The position numbers and the translations under genes were made by a program. The notes beneath the pieces are model-generated. The model made no database searches and was not told the DNA's origin. It saw nothing but the letters and a program-made list of their open reading frames with translations. From Octopus sinensis (Eukaryota), in the NCBI RefSeq assembly GCF_006345805.1, contig NC_042997.1, positions 175,088,001-175,152,000 of the forward strand: a DNA stretch of 64,000 nt, read 5' to 3'. Shown piece after piece: positions 26,965 through 39,457 of this stretch. Position 1 is the stretch's first letter. Every line of letters begins with the position of its first letter.

Positions 26965-27140
26965 CCAAACATGAAAACGCAAACATAAAACACAACAACG
27001 CAAGGACGTGGAACAAGTATAGTGTTATTGGACGCTCAGGAAAAGGAAGAAAAAGGGAGGATTTAACGTTTCGAGCGGAGTTCTTCGTCAGAAACATAGG
27101 AATAAGAAAGATCCAAGGAAGAGAAGACGGGGGAAAATAT
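26965..27140 (-). mobile_element. Penelope-type terminal-repeat fragment carrying a minimal hammerhead
   Basis: T-rich about 175-bp segment (minus strand) between (TA) and (TG)n tracts, containing the hammerhead at 27061-27095. Confidence 0.55.
27061..27095 (-). ncRNA. Minimal type I hammerhead ribozyme motif (near intact)
   Basis: GTTT-CTGACGA-A-GAAC TCC GCTC-GAAA-CG-TT-AAAT. Helix I GTTT/AAAT, one mismatch in helix II, one extra A after the core, palindromic helix III AACGTT. Confidence 0.65.
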
Positions 27141-27143
27141 ATA

Positions 27144-27219
<76 letters not shown>

Positions 27220-27227
27220 CTGTGTTC

Positions 27228-27445
27228 TTAAGCATGACACTTTACTTCATGTTGTTCCTGTTCATTCAGCTGTAGAAATTAGTTGCAACGTCACTAGTGC
27301 CAGGCTGTATTAGCTTTTGCCTTTACCTTGTATAACATCAGTGGCGTACAGAGGGGAGGCTGGTAGGCATGGGAAACTGCTGGTCCTCAGTAAACAGCCT
27401 TGCCCAGACTTGTACCTCAGAGGAGAACTTTCTAGGTGCAATACA
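27228..27445 (+). mobile_element. SINE family C, 5'-truncated
   Basis: CAGCTGTAGAAA..AGTTGCAACGTCACT...CTTGCCCAGACTTGTACCTCAG..AACTTTCTAGGTGCAAT, shared with 43951-44226 and 56333-56652. Confidence 0.8.
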
Positions 27446-27458
27446 TATATGTATGTAC

Positions 27459-27489
<31 letters not shown>

Positions 27490-27635
27490 TGTATGTATGT
27501 ATGTATGTATGTATGTATGTATGTATGTATGTGTGTGTATGTATGTATGTATGCATGTATGCATGTATGTATGTATGTATGTATGTATGCATTATGTACC
27601 ATTTACAAATGGTTTCACGAACAATAATAATAATA

Positions 27636-28850
27636 GGGGAGACCGGGTGTAGTTGTTTCCAACTTCAAGAAATATGTGGCACTCTGGTCTCTACCTTGTG
27701 AAGGCCAACTCCATAGCTTCATGACTGCACATGGGTATTGCACTGGGTGGGGGCTATCACCAGGAAAGGTATGGCTTGAAAAATGATTTTTTACTCTAAA
27801 AGTGAAATTTTTCCACAAAGTTATTTCCTTAACTTCAAAAGCACAATTGGTGTTACTCTTGTAGTTTGTGGCTCATTAGGGAGTGTTGGTTGGAAGTTGC
27901 CTTCGATACCTGAAGGTGTGTCCTGGATGCCATGCACTGCTAGCGCTGTGTACGAGGTAATCCCCAGAAATCCTTGGTCGGGGCTAATTGTTACAGTGTA
28001 ACAACTTACCCCTTCTATTTCAGTTTAACACGCCATGCCTAGAAATTACAAAAGGAAGTCTACAAGGGGGATACACCTCCTGATGTCATGGAAAGAGCCT
28101 CCAGAAAAGTTGCGGATGAAAAGAAATCATTACGAGATGTTGCCGTAAAACAGCACATAGTGGATGAAATAAACGAACGGAAATCTAAACCAAAGAAGGC
28201 AACTGGTACAGAAAAGGCAACAAAGGGAAAGATAAAGTCAACTAAAACAGATAAAGGCAAAGGGAAGCAGCCTCGCAGCAAGCAAGTCGCCGACTGGAAA
28301 TGCCTTGTCTACTCAGATTTTATTCCAACTCCCTTCCAGGTGAAGAATGGGTGCAATGTATGATCTGTAAAGACTGGGCACACACTGATGGTACCGATGG
28401 ATGACAGGACTTTCTGTGTCATCTGTGTGTTGAGAAGTTAATGGAGGACGATTCTGACTAGATGGCACATGTAACAATGGGGAAATTGGCTGATGAGGAC
28501 TCTCAGTATCAAAGTTAGTATATGAGGTGGTTCAAAGCACAGTTACTTAATTAAAATAACACTTCCTAAATACAAGAAGCAGGAGACGTATTCATTTTAA
28601 ACTTGTATGTTAACATAATTCTGAGTTATCGATAGTTGTAACAAGTGTCAAAACGTACTCCGCACTCAGGGAAAATTGTTACAGCTGACACCACCTCATT
28701 AATTAGAACCTGTCTAATTAATGTTATGTAATTTCTGTTTTTTGCTGGTGAGAACAATAAATAGAAATGATCTACTAATTAAAAGAAACTTCAGCTGGGT
28801 GCCACGGCAAAAAAAATGAAAAAAATGTAACAACTAAACGCGGTCTCCCC
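27636..28850 (+). mobile_element. Internally deleted pogo-like (Tc1/mariner superfamily) DNA transposon
   Basis: TA|GGGGAGACCGGGTGTAGTTGTTTC ... GTAACAACTAAACGCGGTCTCCCC|TA: about 24-bp TIRs and a TA duplication, 1215 bp long. Confidence 0.85.
28035..28461 (+). pseudogene. Pogo-like transposase remnant: N-terminal HTH start fused to K-rich linker and decayed PHD finger, DDE domain deleted
   Basis: MPRNYKRKSTRG/TPPDVMERASRKVADEKKSLRDVAVK then CLV(Y)..EEWVQCMICKDWAHTD(G)..FLCHLC, with frameshifts and a stop. Confidence 0.65.
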
Positions 28851-29559
28851 TAGTCAATATATTCAGTATATTTGGTAGAAAGAATATACATTTTTTTATA
28901 ATATAGCAGATAAATATTATTACAGCTCTACGACCCTTTGTTTCGTGTTAAATAGAGCATTTAGCCGAGGGATGCGATTCGAATGGTATTTTTTATTTAA
29001 GTGTTCTTTATCTCTAGTAGCTCTATCATATCGCAATGCAAGATAATCTATACACATCATAACAAAATACACCACATCCGTACACGTGAGTATGCCGGCA
29101 GGGTGGGTGTGTATATAAGCACTTGTGTACGAATATGTGCGCATCTGCGTACACTTGTACGTGTGCATATGAACTTGCTACTCGACATCCCGCTCTACTG
29201 AGAGAAGGTTGAAAAGCAAAGTCAACAAAAGCGAGATATGTATTCAGAAGAATAAATAAATTAGAGCACATTTCGGTTCGGTGGGGTATTTTATTTGGCA
29301 CCCTTTCGATTCTGCCAATCGACCGCCACTCCACAGCCATAGATAATAATGATTTCTTTATTAACCTCAAGGGCTTACATTAAGAAAAACATTATGGACA
29401 GCACAGAATAAAACAAAAAATGTGTGTGTGTATGTGTGTGACTGTGTGTTGTTGTGAGGGTTTTGCAAGTAAACAAGACTAACAAAAATTATTTTAAAAC
29501 AGGAAAGAGAAAAATAAACAATGTGTAATCCTCAATAGGGAAGAGACTTTGAGGGCTGT

Positions 29560-30310
29560 TCATGGAAAAACCCCATAAAAAAAACATGAGTACCCTGACT
29601 TTTGGGGCACGTGCCTATTTTTCCTCTCCTTTTTTCCATCTACAGGCGTATGCTTGGAGCAGGCCCGTTCACTTGCACCATTCTCACCACTTTTATCCAC
29701 CTTTCAGCAAACTGGCTATATGACAACACTTCCCTCTCTACTCTTATTTTCCTTTTCAAGTGTTACTTGAAGACGTTCTTCAGGGATTGGCCAAAGAGAA
29801 AAGTGTTCGTCTTCAGCCCCTTCAATCTCGTCCGCCATACAACCTCTTTCGCTATGGCCACCAGACATATAAAAACAACTTTTCTTCCCAGTTAAAGGAA
29901 GGCGGCGGGGCGATCTTCACGATGGATCCGTCCCACACGCGACAGAAAGTGTTCGACATAAATCCACAGGTCAGCAATGCTCGGGCACTGGACGAGTACA
30001 TACATGGACCATCTCGTCGTCCAGCGCTCATCTCGGACATGTTCAGCTGACGGCACTTTCGTGCCTGTAAAGTTTATCTCAAACAGGCAAAGCTCCCCGG
30101 TAGCACTACCAGGCCAGAGATTTTTGAAAATTATCCATCGGTCCCGGCCCGAAAGTTCTCCGGAAAAGAGCAATTAGCTGATCTTCTTCGATGCCCAAGA
30201 ACGTCGTCGCACTTTTCCTCCACTAATCTTCAATAAAAAGCTAAAGTGGACGTTTCACCTTTGCACTGTCCGATTGACTGAGGGTTGTGAGCGCTTGAAG
30301 ACATTCCACT
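29560..30310 (-). mobile_element. 3' fragment of L1/Tx1-clade LINE ORF2 (zf-RVT region)
   Basis: Frameshifted translation FGPGPMDNFQKSLAW*CYRGALPV*DKLYRH...TCPR*..DE../LVQCPSIADLWIYVEHFLSRVGR/SIVKIAPPPSF/AKEVVWRTRLKGLK fits the W..LP..D.L...CPxC...E...H...C zinc-binding motif. Confidence 0.75.
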
Positions 30311-32454
30311 TACCGATTCAGTGGGGTACGTTTAATGGATAGAGTGCCTGATATTGACTACTAATCAAATGTCCCCTAAAAATGCAACGATCCAAATTTA
30401 AAGACAAGTCAAAAATCAACTTCACTCATGACATTTTCCAGGTACCAACAGACAGTTTTCTGACAGTTTCCGATTTATCTAAATTTGTCTGAACTTCACT
30501 GATACTATATCTACTCAATTTTAGTTTCCGTATATCGCCTGAGAAGGCAGGGTTGGCCTAAATAGATTTTCAGAATCACACGAATTTGTACAGTTCCGAC
30601 GTTACAACAAAATACAATCGCCAAACTTCTAAATTAACATCTGTCAATTTATTTAACTGCGTATTTAGTAATCTTAAATTCTTTAAATTGTTTCAGCTTT
30701 AAAGCTGTGGTCATGCTGGGGCAGCACTGTTGAATGTGATCGACGAGGATAAGATTATATCTAAGATTATTCTTGTCCTCCAACTGCATGATCACTCTTC
30801 GGTTCACCCAACTAGGTATTGTCCGATAAGCTGTCAGTTGTGAGTGACACAAGTCAACTAAGACGGAAGCCAGAACTTGAATGTTTGAATAAAGTTATTT
30901 GAGTGGACAAGACCAGCCAGTCCCAGCGATTTACCATTTGCATGGCTACTCAGTTCCTTTCATGTTTCAGATGTTACAGATTTTCACAACACTTCATTTC
31001 CCGTAAGTCTTATGTCAAATTACCGAAATATAGTACCATTCCAAGACTGCACACATCTCATTGAAGCCAGGCGCTACATGACCATTAAGATTTGTCAGTG
31101 ACATTATAATAATGATAATTTTGTGGCCATATTGTACTTCTGGTACTCGGGATAGATGTAGCAGTTTTGTGTAACTTTGTGTTTTAGTTCATATACCTTA
31201 AGACTTAGTGCTGAAATTGTCAGAAGCCAATCTCTTCGCTAGCATATGGGCTGCGATGTTTTCCCAATAAAATCTTTCCCCCTATAATCAAATACAGTTT
31301 GTTGCTATATACAAAAATTAGATTCTTCTAGAATTGTTCTATTTAACCCTACCCATCATGATATTTAAAATAATAGGTTGTTATTGAACATGACCTCACT
31401 TTGTGCCAAACTGATCCGGTTTAGTATCCGGTAGTTTGTCGCAGGACGAAATGTTAGCGGTTTCTGGCAACGTTGGTGCTTAGAAGGCGTTTCCAAAATA
31501 GAATGATACTCCAGATCTGAAGTAATTCGTTACTCAATTTTGATCCCAGGAAAACTATACATGGAAGCTATTTCAACCGCCATAACATCACCCTGGGCTC
31601 TTTGTTGTTTGTTTTGCTTGTACATTTTGTTGTATGCGTCCTGTTTATTTGCTTTTGCTGTTACAGCTGTTGCATTTGTATTGAAGTCTTTATATTTGTA
31701 ATTAATTTTACCCTTATTTTGATTCCACTTGTTTTGCTTTTATTAGGAGTGGACAGAGAGCCTTAATACATCTGTTTTCTACTGACATTGGACTTTCCTT
31801 TAGCATATATAAAAAACCAGCTGAACATGACCTCAGAGCACTCTAGTGTCATCAACACCTGATATTATTAGGTCAGATAAAATCCACTCTCCGAGATCTT
31901 CATATTTACAGCATTTACCGATGCCCTTTTATAGTATGTCATGTGATTCCCAGTTGACATCGAATGAAGTCCTTTTACTTTTATACTCGTGACTCTTCTA
32001 CTACTAAAGTAAATTCTAGGACACATTTAATTTAAAGAGAGAAGCTCTATGTGGTCACAAGATTTGTTGAAATAACCGACAAATTTCTCTCACTTCACGC
32101 TCTACTCACTTAAAAAAGGGACATACACATACAAGATGTAGTTTTGCATCTATTATACTATAAACAAATACAAGATGAGTTCATTTCGAACACCATTGAT
32201 CATAGGTCTGCTCAGTTAGGATTGAACAAGAATGTCTTTTCTCAGATGCCGAATCGAAATTCTGCGTTTTCTCGCGAATTCCTCTGCTCTATAAAATGAG
32301 CATCTATCTTACGTAATTGGTACTTTTCGTGTGCACTAAACTGAGTTTTGGATAGCAATAAAACATTTTTCTGTCAGTTGGATAAGATCATTGGAGGAAG
32401 AAATCATCAAAGAACATTGTAGACTACTCCAGTTGGGAATTTGAACTGCACCTC

Positions 32455-32789
32455 TTTCTTTTACTTGTTTCAGTCACTAGACTGCAACTATGCTGAATCA
32501 ACCCCAGTACTTTTTTTGTAAGCTAGATATTTATTCTTTCGGTCTCCTTTGCCGAAATGCTAGGTTACGGCGACATAAACACACCAACACCGGTTATCAA
32601 GAGGTAGTGAAGAACAAATATAGGCACAAAGGCTTCTTCCAGTTTCTGTCGACTAAATCCACTCACAAGGCTTTGGTCGGGTCGAGGCTATAGTAGAATA
32701 CACTTGCCCAAGGTGTCACGCAGTGGGACGGAACCCAGTATTGTGTAGTTGGGAAGCAAACTTCTTACTGCACAGCCACACCTGCGCCT
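32455..32789 (-). mobile_element. SINE family A (little internal microsatellite)
   Basis: Reverse complement of the family A head and both arms. Confidence 0.85.
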
Positions 32790-34860
32790 CTTTGAAGTCA
32801 ATTTCTTAAAAACCCTTCTGTCTGTTTGCATCGAATGTATTCCAATACTCGCCTTCCTTACAGCTGAGTTTGTTGTTATTTGTTATACTATGTTTCTTTA
32901 TTAGCCACAAGGGCCCAAACATAGAGGGGGACAAACAAGGACAGACAGGACACCACAGAGGGGACAATACATAGAACGAGTATGATGAGATGATTATACA
33001 ATAATGGGGTTGTGAATGGCTGCATGCGCCCCCCATCACATGCATTACCATTAATCTTTTTAAACTGTCCGTTTTTATCATGTGTTTACATAACAATTAA
33101 TTATCGTCCACCATTACAATTATTTGAACCGTTATACGTTCTCTAAAATTGTTCTATTTTTCCGATATTATTAAACATAACATAAAACACTCTTTCTTTT
33201 TTCTTTCTTTTTTCCTCCTTTTTCTCTTTTTTCCTGTCGCTTTGACATACTTATTTATTTTTTAGTAATATTTCATTAGTGGTTCGATTTCTACTAAATC
33301 CACTACTGGTGGCAATTCTTAGAATTCCACCCTTATTCCTGATGGGTCATTTGTTGTTATTTCTTATGCTCGTCAGTCTTACTGTCTCTGCTGGTGCTGT
33401 TGCTGATTTATTTTTGTTTTTGTTGTCACTACTGTTGTGGCTGATCATACTGTTGTACTGTTATTTTTGTTGTTTAGTCCCAGGTCATCTTTGATTGAAC
33501 AGGCCTATGATCAAAAACACCCTCCCCATTTTTTTTACACATGTGTCCATTGTTTCCTTTGTCAAGGCGACAAGGTGTAATTTGAGGGAAATTTGGCAAT
33601 AATTTCTAACTGATTGAGCAACCGCATAGAGGCTCTTTCATTGGTTCGTGTTGTTCTTGTGTTTGCTGTTTCTTTCATCCCCAATGTGAGCGGGATTTTT
33701 TGCCTTTTTTATTTTTTGGTTAGTGAAACTTTATTCCTCTCCCATGCCAAAATACCAGAATTACCTAATGGGAGCTTACCACATACGCTACAGCGCTCGC
33801 TGAATTACCTATTATCTATTGCAGAAATAAGATATGGGTTCGATGCCTTACTAAATAAAATTTCTGTTCTGAAAGATATAGTCATTAAAATTGGAGTAAC
33901 ATGTACTTTTCGTCAGAAGAAAGACATTAACGAGCATAAATTTCATATATCGGGGTATTTTGCTAAGAGATAAGTCAGTTCCCATTGAGCTGTCGCTTTG
34001 AATTAGTCTCCATTCTCGGTTGTACCCACTTCATTTCAATTACTTTCTATACCACCCGGTAAAAAACCAAAAAAAAATGTCTTCCCTTTATATATTTGAC
34101 GCCCATTGCCTCGCCCGGAAACATCTGATGCCCGTCTATTTATTTATGTATCAAATAATTAGAACCAAATAACGATTGTTAAAGAATTTATTGATTTAAT
34201 AATTGTGTAGTTATATTTTTAGAGCATGTGTAATTGTATTTAAGATACCATGTTGGTCTGTGTTCGCCGCTTTCTTTCTTAAACTGTAATTTTGGTTCTT
34301 TGTGTTTATACAACATTCCCTGCCTTCGCTAAGATTCTCTCAATGTCATAAATGAAGTAATGAAACAATTTTCGTATTATCAAACGATCCAGCTCGTATA
34401 GTGTTCACAAGGAGAAACTATGACGATTAATTTAGGCTTTATTCTTTATGCTTTTAAGAAAAACTATACCTCTATATAAGAAAACTATACCTCTTTTCCT
34501 CCGTACACTTCGTTATAAAATTAGTCTTTGTTCCTTGCCATATTCACCCGTTGTATTTACAGTTCTCTTGCAGTCGTAAACTCTACATTTGTGATCATGT
34601 GTTGACATTTACAGCCGGTTCTTATCTCACATAAAAATAACTCTTCATTTTAAATCCCGTTTTTTTTATCGGCTGTACATACTTATCTGACTCAATGAAA
34701 TTTCTCCTAGGAATGGACGCATCATTGTTACAACTGTTTGCTATGACAGACCTTTGTCTATTTCGTAATTTTTTTTTTTCTGTTTCATATCAACCATTTC
34801 ATATTTTTTCAACGTTTTTTCGTGCTCTTTTTATTTCTTTTTTTATTATTTAGATCTTGA

Positions 34861-35250
34861 AGGCGACGAAGTAGGAAAATCGTTAGCAAGCCGGAAAAGA
34901 TGCTTAGCAGCAATTCGTCCGTCTTTACATTCTTAGTCCAAATTCCATCGCGGTCAACTTTACCTTTCATCCTTTTGAGTCGGTAAATTAAGTAAAAGTT
35001 GAGCACTGGGGTTAATGTAATCGACTTCACCACCCCTCAAAATTGCAAAGCCTTGCATCAGAACGAAAAAGCAACGATTATTTAGGTTTCCAAAGCTGCG
35101 AGCGAGTAGAATCTTTAGCGATCTCGACTTTACCTTCCATCTCTTCGGGGTTGATAAAACAGGTACCGGTTGAAAACTGGGATCGATACAATTGTGTAGC
35201 CTTCTCTACAAAATTCCAGACTTTGTACCTGTAGTAGAAAGGATTATCAT
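34861..35250 (+). mobile_element. Two adjacent old SINE family B copies
   Basis: Degenerate head and core motifs with CCCCTCAAAATTGC and AAATTCCAGACTTTGTACC tails. Confidence 0.65.
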
Positions 35251-35725
35251 TATTAATGTTCATTAAAATTTTATCGCTATCAACTACTTTGAGAGTTATA
35301 CATTTTCCAAGGTGTCTTCATATTATTCCTATTTTCATTATTCAAGATTCCAGCAGCTTTCACAATATTTACTCGACTTTCGAATCTTTATTTCTTGACT
35401 GAAGTCACAGACATGTTTGGGTTGTTACTATGAAAATTTATTAAACAAACATAGATTCCAAAACTTTTAGATTGTAAGCTAATATCTAACAAAAGAATGC
35501 TTTTATTTCTTGGGCGCCTATTGATAACAGACTTATAACAAACAGACCTGATAATAAAAAAAGAGGGGACAAAATCCTCCTGCTGATTACGGCACTCTTG
35601 CAGCTTTTATTTAAGTCCAATCGGAGTCAAATATATTTAGTGTGTGTGTGTGTGTGTTTGTGTTATTTTATATCAATGTTCGTTTATGATAAAAGTAAAT
35701 ATGAATGTATGTTATAGCTGAAAAG

Positions 35726-35958
35726 AAGGCGGCGAGCTGGTAGAAAAGTTAGCACGCCGGGCGAAATGCGTAGCCGTATTTCGTCTGCCGTTACGTTCTG
35801 AGTTCAAATTCCGCCGAGGTCGACTTTGCCTTTCATCCTTTCGGGGTCGATAAATTAAGTACCAGTTACTCACTGGGTCGATGTAATCGACTTAATCCGT
35901 TTGTCTGTCCTTGTTTATCACCTCTGTGTTTAGCCCCTTGTGGGTAGTAAAGAAATAG
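35726..35958 (+). mobile_element. SINE family B monomer with TSD
   Basis: Flanked by TATAGCTGAAAAG at 35713-35725 and 35964-35976. Confidence 0.92.
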
Positions 35959-36224
35959 GTATGTATAGCTGAAAAGGAAAAAAACGTTTAGTTCGAAATC
36001 ATGAGCCCCAAGTTCGATCCCACTGCGTGGCACTTAAGATTAGTGTCTTTTATTCTGTTCGGGTCGACCCAAGCGTTGTGAATAAGGCTGAGCGGTGACA
36101 AAAATGCGTGGACTTTCGTTAGAAGAAACAGTAATCCAAGTGCCATTCCCGTCACGCATTTCGCCATCTTTGTTACACATTGTGTCAACTTAGTCATACA
36201 CTGTACCGACCTTGTCACATATTG

Positions 36225-36440
36225 GTTTCCCATTTTGGTACAAGGCCAGCAATTTCGGGGGCGGGATAAGTCAATTACATCGACCCCAGTATTCAACTGG
36301 TGCTTTGGTACTTATTTTATCGACACCGAAAGGATGTCGAGCAAAGTCGACCTCGGCGGAATTTGAAACTGAGAACGTAAACACGAACGAAGTGCTGCTA
36401 AGCATTTTGCCTGACGTGCGAACAATTCTGCCAGCTCACC
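36225..36440 (-). mobile_element. SINE family B (older tail type)
   Basis: Reverse complement of the family B head and core. Confidence 0.8.
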
Positions 36441-36692
36441 GTCTTCGACCGTGTCACATATTATCAGAGAATTGTAATGAATATGAGTACAAGTGTCTAT
36501 GGAATACTCAGGCACTTTTGCAATAACTGAATAGTTAATTCCGTTGATCAAGCACTTGAAATAAACATCGCAGAAACTAACAAAGGAGCCATTTGTTTTA
36601 ACGTGTTTTAACTTGTTTTAACAACGTAATTGTTCTAGTAACAGAAACAATAGATTAAGAGTTTTAATACGTTGCAATAATCTATACATTCA

Positions 36693-36900
36693 AAGGCAGC
36701 GAGCTGGCAGAAACGTTAGCATGCCGGCAAAATACTGGGCGTTTACGCTCTGAGTTCAAATTCCACCGAGGTCGACTTTGCCTTTCATCCTTTCGGGGTT
36801 AATAAAATGAGTGCCAGCCGGGCACTGGGGTCGTTGTAATCGACATACCCACAAACCCCGAAACCGTTGGCTTTGTGTCAAAATTTGAAGCCAATAATCT
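36693..36900 (+). mobile_element. SINE family B (older tail type)
   Basis: AAGGCAGCGAGCTGGCAGAAACGTTAGC...GAGTTCAAATTCC...CTTTCATCCTTTCGGGGT. Confidence 0.8.
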
Positions 36901-37403
36901 ATACCTCCTGAGTGAGAGAGTGTCAACCAGGGATTGAAACTTGTCACTCTTTTTACTACATTGCACAAGAATATATTTTTCGAGGATGTACACAAGGCCA
37001 CATAGTTTTAAAGGAGTGACTCATTAGAGCCTGTTCTCATATTCTGGTATTCCCAGAAGGATTACAGATGCTAGGTCTCAGTTCCAATGACATCACTTCC
37101 TTACGAGTATGTGGCCTTGAGCTAATATAAGAAATATATATTCATTTATGTACAGTACAGTAAGTAACATAGAAGATGAGTAATGCAGTTTCAGTCTTAG
37201 ATTGACACCTTTCACTTCTCTTGCATCACTAATGCCATTTGAATAGGCATGAATTAGATTTTATCATTTTTATCTCATTTTAAATAGAAAACGCCTATGC
37301 TTTGTCAAAGATAAACCATACACTTGAGCAATTTTTACACAGTGCAATCTTGTACAGTTATTATCCAGTTTAAAACTTAAATAATATTTTTCTTTCTTCT
37401 TAT

Positions 37404-37800
37404 GGCGGCGAGCTGGCAGAAACGTTAGCACGCCGGGCGAAATGCCTAGCGGTATTTCGTCTGCCGTTACGTTCTGAGTTCAAATTCCGCCGAGGTCGAC
37501 TTCGCCTTTCATCCTTTCGGGGTCGACTAAATAAGTACCAGTTACACACTGGGGTCGATATAATCGACTTAATCCGTTTATCTGTCCTTGTTTGTCCCCT
37601 TTTTGTTTAGCCCCTTGTGGATAGTAAAGAAATAGGTATTTCCTCTGAGGCTATGTTCTGAGTTCAAATTTCCCCGAGGTCGACTTTGCCTTTCATCCTT
37701 TCGGAGTCCATAAATTAAGTAACAGTCGCGTAGTGGGATCGATCTAATCGACTGGCCCCCCTCCATCAAAATTTCGGGCTTTGTATCTAGAGTAGAAAAG
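37404..37800 (+). mobile_element. SINE family B dimer (young-tail body followed by old-tail body)
   Basis: Junction GTAAAGAAATA|GGTATTTC at about 37633. The second body ends CAAAATTTCGGGCTTTGTATCTAGAGTAGAAAAG. Confidence 0.88.
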
Positions 37801-37925
37801 AATATTTTTCTTTCTTATAAAGATTTAGTCGCATACATGGTTGCCTTGTTAAGAAGTTCGCTTTACAGACACTTTGTTTCGGATTCAGTCCTACTGTGCA
37901 GCAGCTTGGGTATCTTCTACTATAA

Positions 37926-38014
<89 letters not shown>

Positions 38015-38112
38015 CATATATATATGTATGTATATATATATATATATATATAATAATAAATATTAGGGAATAAATCCAAATTTACAGGGAAAAAATCTCT
38101 AATTAATATTAT

Positions 38113-38169
<57 letters not shown>

Positions 38170-38177
38170 TATATATG

Positions 38178-38235
<58 letters not shown>

Positions 38236-38660
38236 AAAAATGAAGTTCGAAAATGCTGCTATATTATACAATTTTTAATTTTTATATATACATTATAACA
38301 TGTTTCAGTTCCTGAAATGAACCTTATCAAAAGAAGTTATATATAAAAAAAGATAGTTCATGCTATCAATCACAAGAAATTCATTTATAATACACAACGG
38401 TGTCAGACATCTTAAAGTTCATATATATAGTTTGAAGTGAGTTCGTTCATGCTATATGTTTAAAGTGCATGATGCAGCGGTTCACGGTGGCGACATGCAT
38501 CCAATACAAAAAACAGATCAAAGCGGCGATATGTAGTCAATACAAAAAACTGATGTTCCTGAAAGAGAGAGGAATTCATTTTTACCTTTACCAACTGTGG
38601 TGTTCGCTGGATGATTCTGGCGAATCTTGTGAATTGTTCAGGTTTTATAATACTGGTCAG

Positions 38661-39310
38661 TCCAGCGTAACGTGACGTCATCAACGTTTTGACCAATCGT
38701 TTCGTAAGGTGGCTTAGTCAAGCAGAACGGGACGTCATCAACATTCTGACCAATCGTGACCTATCGCTGTATTATAACTGCCTCTTGTCTGTATCCTGTT
38801 TTGAACAATCGTTTCGTTAGGTGGCTTAGTCAAGCAGAACGGGACGTCATCAACATTCTGACCAATCGTGACCTATCGCTGTATTATAACTGCCTCTTGT
38901 CTGTATCCTGTTTTGAACAATCGTTTCGTTAGGTGGCTTAGTCAAGCAGAACGGGACGTCATCAACATTCTGACCAATCGTGACCTATCGCTGTATTATA
39001 ACTGCCTCTTGTCTGTATCCTGTTTTGAACAATCGTTTCGTTAGGTGGCTTAGTCAAGCAGAACGGGACGTCATCAAAATTCTGACCAATCACGACTTCG
39101 TTAGGTGGCTTAGTCAAGCAGAACGGGACGTCATCAAAATTCTGACCAATCACGACTTATAGCTGTATTAGATCTGCCCCTTGTCTGTACCTGTTAGGTG
39201 ACTAGTCAAGCAGAAAAGAACGTCATCAATATTCTGACTAATCTCTGCCCCTTGTCTGTATCCTGTCCAGTCTAGCAGAATTAGACGTCATCAACGTGTT
39301 GACCAATCAG
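38661..39310. repeat. 112-bp minisatellite with 60-bp sub-units; eight GACGTCATCAA...TGACCAATC modules
   Basis: GTGGCTTAG recurs at 38709, 38821, 38933, 39045 (period 112) and 39105 (60). Confidence 0.95.
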
Positions 39311-39393
39311 AATCGGGTCTGACCCTTAGCTGTATCGTATGTGGTCAGTCCATCAGGGTTAGATTTGTACGAAGAGATCTTTTTATAAATTTT

Positions 39394-39457
<64 letters not shown>

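Noticed and set aside
38661-39310. CRISPR-like regular repeats
   Set aside because: The intervening sequences are identical rather than unique spacers, the context is eukaryotic, and there are no cas genes.
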